NCBI GenBank assembly: GCA_001816475.1
Contig: MHCC01000001.1
Span: 12,622 to 76,621 of the forward strand
Reading direction: 5' to 3'
From: Candidatus Blackburnbacteria bacterium RIFCSPLOWO2_01_FULL_40_20
Lineage (GTDB): Bacteria; Patescibacteriota; Microgenomatia; UBA8517; UBA10165
Length of the DNA: 64,000 nucleotides
The position numbers were made by a program, and so were the translations under genes. The notes beneath the pieces were generated by a model. That model ran no database searches, was not told the origin of the DNA, and was given only the letters and a program-made list of their open reading frames with translations. The stretch's first letter is position 1. Each line of letters starts with the position of its first letter. Of this stretch, positions 56,960-64,000 are shown one piece after another.

Positions 56960-59900
56960 ATGCCCATGTCTCTGCCGACTCATTTTTTTGATGGATCGCT
57001 TCCAATTGCATTGGTTGCAGGTGGCGCGGGTTTCGTTGGTTCTCATGTTTGTGAAGCACTTCTGGGTCGATCTGTAAAAGTAATTTGTGTTGATAATTGG
57101 CAAACAGGACTTAAAGAAAATATAAACCATCTTCTTTTAAACAAAAACTTTTTACTTCTTGAAGAAGATGTAACCGATGAAATTGCAACAAGAATCAAAA
57201 AGATTGATTATGTTTTTCACCTTGCAGGAGTTGAGTCTTACTTAAACGGGGAGGATGTTTCAATAGAAAGCCTGGAGTCAAATTCCATTGGATCAAGAAA
57301 TCTTCTCGATTTGGCCCAAAAGTATAAAGCAAAGTTTTTATTAGCATCAACAATTTACATCTACTCAGCAAAACTGTCAAAAGATAATACAACTTCCTAT
57401 TTTGGCGCAACACGAGAAGATGAAGGGGAGTTTTCTCATTTAGAGGCAAAGAGGTTCGCAGAGGCTTTGGTTTCTGAATATGGACAAAAAAGAAATGTTG
57501 ACGTAAGGATTGTGCGTTTGGGAGACGTTTATGGTCCTCGAATGATGATCTCGACAAATAACATCTTGGCGCGACTTGTTAAACAAGCTGCGTATAAAGA
57601 ACCTCTCACAGTTCACGGCGGTGAGGACATATATATTCACCCCGTTTTTATAGATGATGTGGTTGAGGGAATAGTAAAATCATTATTTATCGGAGGAACC
57701 CGCAACGCGATTATTGCTTTAACCGGTCCTAAAACAAGTTTGTTCTCGGTGGCCCAAGCGATCAAAAATTTAAAACCGGACGAGCTTGAGGTCGTCTTTA
57801 AAAACGAAAGTTTTCCTAAGTTGGGACAGGTTGAGGAGTCGGTGTTGTTTACCGGACGGGACACAATCTCGTGGAGTCAAGAGATTGGACCAGAAGAAGG
57901 GTTGCGACGAACTTTAGATTGGTTTACGTACCATCAAAAGTATTTACCAAAAAGCTATAAACCTGTAGAAAAATCCAAGGACCCAACAAAAGATCAAAAG
58001 ATGGGAGTGTTAACAAGTGTTGGGGAGTGGGCAAAAAAAGTGAGGACAAGTCCGCATTTGGTTACAAAAGAAGAAAGTCGGGCATTAAAAGAAGATAGTT
58101 TTTGGGAAGAGAAAGAACAGGTTTCACCAAAGAGCCAAAAGAAAGTTAATGCAAAAAAAAATTGGGTAGCCCCCAAAGTTTTTTTGGCAGCAGTTGTTCT
58201 ACTACTAGGATGGTTTTTTGCTATGCCAGTGTTCCTTTTTTACCTTGGACTGGGACAGCTTCATTTGTTTAAAAATTCAATTTCAAAAGGAGACACCACA
58301 AGCGCATCTCGTTGGGCAAATTTGGCTTTTTATAGTTTTGATAGTGCCCAAGCGGGCTTTAACCAGTGGTTGGTTGTTCCGGGCTTGAAAAATGAATCGG
58401 TTCGGTATGTTAATAAAAGTAAGACTTTTAGCAAACTCGCAGATGTGGCAATTTCTTCTTCTCAAGGCGCTTTGGCTTCTAAGACTTTTATGCAGGGCTT
58501 ACTTTCAAGTCAAGGAGTAAACGAATACGCGTCAAAGTCTTTGGCTTTAGAGCTTAAAAAGTTAGGTCAAAAAATCGGTTTTCTTGAAGCGGATATTGAG
58601 GGTAACAAAGTCTTACTAACAGCTCCTTTATTAAGAACCAAACTAATTGAAGAGTCGGAGCTAAAAGACATTAGAGAATCGACCTTAACTTTTGCTAATT
58701 TGGTTGAGAAAAGTGGTAGCCTGTTTGGGGTTGACAAGAAAAAGACATATTTGGTTTTATTGCAAGACAACTCAATATTGCGCCCCGGAGGGGGACTGTT
58801 GCGATCTTATGCTCTTTTGTCTTTTGAAGGTGGAAAACTAGAAAACATTGATGTGCAAGATGTTGCGTTCGCAGATGAGCAGTTGAAGGGTCAGGTTGAC
58901 CCACCTCAGACGATAAAAGATTATCTCGGAGAAACCAGCTGGTTTTTGAAAGATTCGAATTGGAGTCCCGATTTTGCTTCTTCTGCAGAACGCGCAGCTT
59001 GGTTTGTTAACAAGGAATTGGGCACAAACATCGATGGAGTTATTGCCTTAGATTTGGAGTTTATAAAAAGTTTTATTGACTACCTAGGTCCTGTTAAATT
59101 AGATGGCTTTGAGGCAATCGATTCAAATAATTTATTTGAATTGGCGCAAAATTCCAACAAAGACCAATCTGTCCAGAAAAGTTTCCCAACTTCTCTTTTG
59201 CGAGAAATATTAAAGGTTGCTACAGAATTGCCAGGCAGTAATTTAACTGCACTTACAAAGACAACGATTTCATCACTGCGCGAAAGACACCTTGCGCTTT
59301 GGATGAAGGATCAAGGCTTGGCACAAATTATGTCTGAAGCAGGATGGGATGGAGCGGCAAAGAGACCAAGTTGTCGCGGGGACTTTGACTGCACTATTGA
59401 TTATCTACAAATTTCTGAAGCCAATTTAACACAATTAGGAAATCCTCTAAAATCATATTCTCTTGAGATTTTTCCGTCAAATGACACTATTTCTCACAGA
59501 CTATTAATTTCTTACGACAACAAAAATGCTGATTATAAAGGATTTGTTCGAGTTTTGGTTCCAAGATTAGGAAAAATTGCCCAAGCAGCCGCTATTTTGC
59601 CAGACCAAGCAAAACAAGAAGAGCTGCAAGTTGAAGAAGGGTTTGAAAGCAAAAAAAAATCTTTTTCGTTTATATTAGATATTAAGGCTGGTGATAAAAA
59701 ACAAATCGTGCTTTTATGGGACACACCGTTATCTGAAAACACATCAAAAGTGGCAGGGGATTCAACATTCAAGGGAAATAATCTGGTTTTCTTTTGGCAA
59801 AAGCAAATGGGGGTGTTAAACGACCCAGTTTCTTTGCGTATAAATCTTCCTGCCGGCACCCAAGAAATATCCAGCTTTCCTCGACCTTTATTGACGAGCG

Positions 59901-59971
59901 AGGGTTCAATAAGTTATAATACAAATCTATCACGTGATTTAACCACGCAAGTATCATGGCAAAAAAGGTAG
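56960..59971 (+). CDS. NDP-sugar epimerase/decarboxylase-like domain fused via a TM helix to DUF4012
   Basis: GGAGFVGSH, FHLAG, EAKRFAE, VYGPRM; then YLVLLQD...RPGGG, DSNWSPDF, IDGVIA. Confidence 0.88.
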   Translation: MPMSLPTHFFDGSLPIALVAGGAGFVGSHVCEALLGRSVKVICVDNWQTGLKENINHLLLNKNFLLLEEDVTDEIATRIKKIDYVFHLAGVESYLNGEDVSIESLESNSIGSRNLLDLAQKYKAKFLLASTIYIYSAKLSKDNTTSYFGATREDEGEFSHLEAKRFAEALVSEYGQKRNVDVRIVRLGDVYGPRMMISTNNILARLVKQAAYKEPLTVHGGEDIYIHPVFIDDVVEGIVKSLFIGGTRNAIIALTGPKTSLFSVAQAIKNLKPDELEVVFKNESFPKLGQVEESVLFTGRDTISWSQEIGPEEGLRRTLDWFTYHQKYLPKSYKPVEKSKDPTKDQKMGVLTSVGEWAKKVRTSPHLVTKEESRALKEDSFWEEKEQVSPKSQKKVNAKKNWVAPKVFLAAVVLLLGWFFAMPVFLFYLGLGQLHLFKNSISKGDTTSASRWANLAFYSFDSAQAGFNQWLVVPGLKNESVRYVNKSKTFSKLADVAISSSQGALASKTFMQGLLSSQGVNEYASKSLALELKKLGQKIGFLEADIEGNKVLLTAPLLRTKLIEESELKDIRESTLTFANLVEKSGSLFGVDKKKTYLVLLQDNSILRPGGGLLRSYALLSFEGGKLENIDVQDVAFADEQLKGQVDPPQTIKDYLGETSWFLKDSNWSPDFASSAERAAWFVNKELGTNIDGVIALDLEFIKSFIDYLGPVKLDGFEAIDSNNLFELAQNSNKDQSVQKSFPTSLLREILKVATELPGSNLTALTKTTISSLRERHLALWMKDQGLAQIMSEAGWDGAAKRPSCRGDFDCTIDYLQISEANLTQLGNPLKSYSLEIFPSNDTISHRLLISYDNKNADYKGFVRVLVPRLGKIAQAAAILPDQAKQEELQVEEGFESKKKSFSFILDIKAGDKKQIVLLWDTPLSENTSKVAGDSTFKGNNLVFFWQKQMGVLNDPVSLRINLPAGTQEISSFPRPLLTSEGSISYNTNLSRDLTTQVSWQKR

Positions 59972-60681
59972 TAGTACAAGAAACTAAAAAAGCGCTGTCT
60001 GGAAAGTATGTGCTTGAGGCTCAAAAAAGGGAGATGTTCGGTCGGAAGATCAAGACACTGCGCAGAGACGGTATTTTACCTGCAAATGTGTATGGCAAAA
60101 AAATGGAGTCTTTGGCAATCCAACTCAAGACCTCAGACTTTTTAAAAGTGTTTTCAGAGGCAGGGGAAACAGGGCTTGTTACATTAAATGTCGACGGCTC
60201 CTCATATCCAGTTTTGGTTCATAATCTTCAAGTCGATCCAGTGTTAGACAAACCATTACACGCAGACTTTTTACAAGTAAATCTTAAAGAAAAAGTTACA
60301 GCAACTGTTTCTGTTGAATTTGTAGGTGAGTCTCCAGCAGAAAAAGCTCAAGAGGGTATTGTCGTTCCTCAAGTAAGAGAAGTTGAGGTTGAAGCCTTAC
60401 CCGCAGACCTTCCTGAACAAATTACAGTTGATGTGTCAACACTTGAAAAGGTAGATGACGCGATTAAGATATCGGACATTAAGGTTGATCGGGAGAAAGT
60501 TGAGATAAAAGAGGATCCAGAAAGAATAGTTGTTTCGGTTGCACCCCTTGCCAAAGAAGAAGTTGTTGAGGAAGCACCCACAAAAGGGGCAGAAGGTGAA
60601 GCTCCAACAGAAGGTGAAGTTCCAGCTGAGGGTGAAGAAGCCCCCCCAGAATTCCCACAAGGCGAGAAAAAAGAAGAGTAA
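59956..60681 (+). CDS. rplY: 50S ribosomal protein L25 (CTC form)
   Basis: LRRDGILPANVYG, QVDP...HADF, ALPADLP. Confidence 0.95.
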   Translation: MAKKVVVQETKKALSGKYVLEAQKREMFGRKIKTLRRDGILPANVYGKKMESLAIQLKTSDFLKVFSEAGETGLVTLNVDGSSYPVLVHNLQVDPVLDKPLHADFLQVNLKEKVTATVSVEFVGESPAEKAQEGIVVPQVREVEVEALPADLPEQITVDVSTLEKVDDAIKISDIKVDREKVEIKEDPERIVVSVAPLAKEEVVEEAPTKGAEGEAPTEGEVPAEGEEAPPEFPQGEKKEE

Positions 60682-60807
60682 TTGTTGTAGATTGTTAATA
60701 TGGCACGTCGCCAATATACCCAATCAACTCTTGAAATTTATGAAGAAGCTGTTCCCTCAAGGCTTAAAGAGGTATGTGAAGAAAAGTTGGTTTACATTCT
60801 CTAACGA

Positions 60808-62946
60808 TTAAACAACTTCTGGCCATTTGGCAACAATTAGTGCTTCTTCTTCAAAAAAGCCCTCAACACCCTTTGTTTCTTTTAACGTTTGCCAAATTGT
60901 TTCTGTAACAAATGGCATGAAAGGGTGGAGGAGTTTTAATGATTCTTGTAAGGCAAAAAGTAGAGTTGGTTGAGCCTCGCTCTGGCGGTCTTTTGTTTTT
61001 TCAAGGTAGACGTCAGCAAGTTTGTGCCAAACAAAATCATAAATTTCCTCCGCTGCTTCATTGAGTCGATAGTCTTCAAGTAAAACTGTTGTCCTTTCGA
61101 TTGTTTTTCCAAGCTCTTCTTTTATCCAGGCATCGTCTTGTTTAGATGTGTCCTTGGATTTTTCTATGCTCTTAGCTCTTGGCTCTATGCTCTGTGTTGT
61201 TATATACCTTGCCACATTCCATATCTTGTTTGCAAAGTTTCTTTGAGCGCGGATATTGTCTTCTGACAAAGATATATCGTTTTCAACCAACGCACCCCAA
61301 ACTATCCCCATACGAAGCGCGTCAGATCCGTATTTTTCGGCCATTACGATAGGATCAATAACGTTCCCTTTTGATTTTGAAATTTTTTGACCTTGCTTGT
61401 CTCGCACCAATCCATGAATTAAAACTTCTTTAAATGGAACTTCACCTGTTGCGTAGAGCCCAAGCATAATCATGCGCATTACCCAAAACGGAAGAATGTC
61501 GTAGGCTGTTTCCATAACCGAGGTTGGGTAGAAGTACTCAAAATCACCAGGTTGTGTGGTTTGAAGAGTTGCAAATGGCCATTGGCCTGATGAAAACCAG
61601 GTGTCAAAAGTATAAGACTCCTGTTCAAGATCTGCGCTTTGGCAATTTGAACAAAATTCAGGCTTTTCTCCGTCGGTAACTATTGTTTGGCTACACGCCG
61701 AGCAGTACCAAACTGGCATTCTAATACCCCACACAATTTGGCGGCTTATGTTCCAGTCTCTTAAAATGTCCAACCAATGAAGATATGTCTTTTCAAAACG
61801 TTGAGCGGCAAATTTGATTTTCCCGGAAATAACTGCTTCACGAGCTGTTTTTACAAGAGGTTCTACTTTTAAAAACCATTGGGTGGATAACATGGGCTCG
61901 ATTGTGTTCTTACAACGATAGCAAACTCCAACCACAGTTTTATAATTTTCATCAATCTTCTCTATTGATCCTTTTTCTTGAAGGTCTTTGACAACTTCTT
62001 CTCGTGCTTTTTTGACTGTTAGACCTGCGTACTTTTTCCCGATAGTAGTTATCTTTCCATCTTGGTTTATTGCGACAATAAAAGGGAGGTCGTGTTTTTG
62101 AGCTGCTTCAAAATCGTTAAAGTCGTGAGCTGGGGTAAGTTTAACTATTCCTGTGCCAAATTCGGGATCGACAAACTCATCGCCAATTATTTCCATTTCT
62201 TCGTTTGTTAATGGGTTTAAGACTTTAGTTCCGATTAGTTTACCTCTTTTCTTATCTTTTGGATTAACCGCAAGATGAGTATCAGCAAAAATAGTTTCTG
62301 GCCTTGTTGTTGCAACGGTGATAAATTCACCATCTGCATTGGAGTATTTTACGTAATAGAGTGGGATGTTTTTTTCTACCCTGTCTACTTCAAGTTCAGA
62401 GTACGCAGTGCCGCAATAAGTACAATAATTTACAAGCTTGTTGCCTTTGTAAACGAGCCCATTGTCGTAAAGCTTTTTAAAAGTTTTGTAAACAATTTTG
62501 ACAATGTCTGGATCGAGAGTGAACTTTCCTCTTGTCCAATCGCAAGATGCGCCAAGTATTCTTAATTGCCCCTCCATTGTTTTTTTATTTTCTTGAACGT
62601 ATTTCCAAATCATTTGGTATAGAGTATTTTGATCAAAATCAAAACGGCTTTTACCATCTTCTTTGAGTCTTTTTTCAAAAACAAATTGAGTTTCAATCCC
62701 TGCATGGTCTGCACCAGGCAGCCAAAGCGTTGAGTCGCCTTTCATTCGATGATATCTGATTAATACATCTTCAACCGCAACAAAGCGAGCGTGACCGATA
62801 TGTAGGGGGTCGTTGGCGTTGGGTGGAGGCATAATAATTGTGAAAGGCTTTTTGTTCTTGTCAATTTTAGGTGTAAAATAGCCACCTTTTTCCCAAAGGG
62901 TATAAATTTTTTCTTCGTGCAATTTTGGATCGTATGTCTTGTCCAC
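60808..62946 (-). CDS. valS: Valine-tRNA ligase (short, lacks the C-terminal coiled coil)
   Basis: PPPN..HIGH, DHAGI, DWNISRQ, DTWFSS, KISKS. Confidence 0.96.
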   Translation of the reverse strand: MDKTYDPKLHEEKIYTLWEKGGYFTPKIDKNKKPFTIIMPPPNANDPLHIGHARFVAVEDVLIRYHRMKGDSTLWLPGADHAGIETQFVFEKRLKEDGKSRFDFDQNTLYQMIWKYVQENKKTMEGQLRILGASCDWTRGKFTLDPDIVKIVYKTFKKLYDNGLVYKGNKLVNYCTYCGTAYSELEVDRVEKNIPLYYVKYSNADGEFITVATTRPETIFADTHLAVNPKDKKRGKLIGTKVLNPLTNEEMEIIGDEFVDPEFGTGIVKLTPAHDFNDFEAAQKHDLPFIVAINQDGKITTIGKKYAGLTVKKAREEVVKDLQEKGSIEKIDENYKTVVGVCYRCKNTIEPMLSTQWFLKVEPLVKTAREAVISGKIKFAAQRFEKTYLHWLDILRDWNISRQIVWGIRMPVWYCSACSQTIVTDGEKPEFCSNCQSADLEQESYTFDTWFSSGQWPFATLQTTQPGDFEYFYPTSVMETAYDILPFWVMRMIMLGLYATGEVPFKEVLIHGLVRDKQGQKISKSKGNVIDPIVMAEKYGSDALRMGIVWGALVENDISLSEDNIRAQRNFANKIWNVARYITTQSIEPRAKSIEKSKDTSKQDDAWIKEELGKTIERTTVLLEDYRLNEAAEEIYDFVWHKLADVYLEKTKDRQSEAQPTLLFALQESLKLLHPFMPFVTETIWQTLKETKGVEGFFEEEALIVAKWPEVV

Positions 62947-63083
62947 AGTTATGATATTTTAACTTGCAGGGGAGCTTAATACAAATTTTGTTTTGTTTTT
63001 AAGTTTTGGAAGTAAATTTTTCAAGGGTTGAGAATTCAACTTCTTTCCTTGTTGCCTTTAAATCTTTGAGAAAATTATATTAT

Positions 63084-63734
63084 CTACATTGATATGTCTA
63101 GCGCTTTTTCAATTTGCTCTTTTATAATCGGTCCTTCGCGTAATATTTTGGGTGGGGTGCAGGTTAGATCAAGCAGGGTAGATGGAGGGAGACTAGGGAG
63201 TTTGCCAACATCGACTATTAAACTAATTTCCTCCTGTTTTTCGTCTGACATCTGGTTTAGTATTTCCTCAACAGAATAAGGGTTTTCTCTGCCTGAGATA
63301 TTTGCCGAAGTTGTTGTATAAGGTTTGCCAAATTTTCGAGCAACAAGAAGATTAAGTGGTGTGTTGGGGATTCTTATTCCTAAAGTAGGCAAGCCAGAAG
63401 TAAGAATCTCTGGTAAAATGCCAAGTTTTTTGGGAAGTACTAAGGTCAGGGGGCCGGGTAAAAAGTGTTGTGCAAGAATCATAGCGGGCTTATTAACCTC
63501 GACATATTTTTCTGCATCTTTTATACTTGCGACAACAACATGCATGGGTTTAGAAAACTCTCTTCCTTTAAGTTTGTAAACTTTTTCTATGGCTTCTTTG
63601 TTGGTCGCGTCAACTGCAAATGTATAGACAGTTTCTGTGGGAAGGACAACAATTTTTCCAGTCCCCAGGTCTGAAACAATCTTGTTTAAACTTTCTTTTT
63701 GTGGATTTTGGGGATTAACCTTTATTGATTCCAT
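63084..63734 (-). CDS. tsaC: Threonylcarbamoyl-AMP synthase (Sua5/YrdC)
   Basis: PTETVY, KGR...KP, PGPLT, TSANISG, PST. Confidence 0.93.
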   Translation of the reverse strand: MESIKVNPQNPQKESLNKIVSDLGTGKIVVLPTETVYTFAVDATNKEAIEKVYKLKGREFSKPMHVVVASIKDAEKYVEVNKPAMILAQHFLPGPLTLVLPKKLGILPEILTSGLPTLGIRIPNTPLNLLVARKFGKPYTTTSANISGRENPYSVEEILNQMSDEKQEEISLIVDVGKLPSLPPSTLLDLTCTPPKILREGPIIKEQIEKALDISM

Positions 63735-64000
63735 AATATTCCATTGCTTCGTTTGCGTTTGGAATTGCTCTTATTTCTTTCCAGGGTCGGGGAGTGTAAT
63801 TGTAAAATGCATATCCGGCAATAAAGCTTGCATTGTCTGTACAGAGACTGGGAAGGGGAACTCGAAAGTCTAAGTTCAAGTCTAAGTCTAAGATTCTCGA
63901 TTGGAATTTTTCCCGAAGGCGCTGGTTTGCAGATACGCCGCCAGCTAAAAGCAATGTCGAGACATTATATTTTTCAACGGCTTTTAGTGTTTTTTCAACC
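63715..64000 (-). CDS. tsaD: t6A synthesis protein TsaD, 3' part only
   Basis: LLAGGVSANQRLR, LCTDNASFIA. Confidence 0.9.
   Translation of the reverse strand, partial: VEKTLKAVEKYNVSTLLLAGGVSANQRLREKFQSRILDLDLNLDFRVPLPSLCTDNASFIAGYAFYNYTPRPWKEIRAIPNANEAMEYYGINKG

Overview
Bacterial chromosomal window, most likely from a Patescibacteria/CPR genome (Microgenomates-like; inferred from 16S signatures, rRNA/tRNA introns, DUF5667/DUF4012 proteins and the repeat landscape). Left end: a rearranged rRNA region. A stand-alone 16S gene (minus strand) carries a group I intron with a LAGLIDADG ORF, a group II intron that encodes a LAGLIDADG nuclease instead of a reverse transcriptase, and an AT-rich hairpin insertion in helix 26. 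tRNA-Ala has its own promoter, and an intact tRNA-Ile sits inside the anticodon loop of a second, doubly interrupted tRNA-Ile. Middle: several toxin-antitoxin pairs, tRNA-Gln/Lys/Glu, ORFans, an inverted-repeat-flanked GIY-YIG gene, a copper/thiol-redox island (copA, two csoR, trxA/trxB, dsbA, ccdA), a 1793-aa triple-DUF5667 surface protein, and tRNA-Asn with a P9-less group I intron followed by repeated tRNA 3' ends. Right end: the replication-origin region (dnaN-oriC-dnaA-rpmH-rnpA-yidD-yidC-jag), flippase, rnhA, a degenerate epimerase-DUF4012 fusion, rplY, valS, tsaC/sua5 and partial tsaD. Best leads: the nested tRNA-in-tRNA; the LAGLIDADG group II intron with an 8-nt 5' extension and an ORF that lacks a stop codon inside the linear intron; an exact 84-bp inverted copy of a two-component gene junction inside a toxin remnant; tRNA 3'-end repeat cassettes; and palindromic or periodic repeats written into protein-coding genes. 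No CRISPR array was seen. All calls were made by eye, with no database searches.
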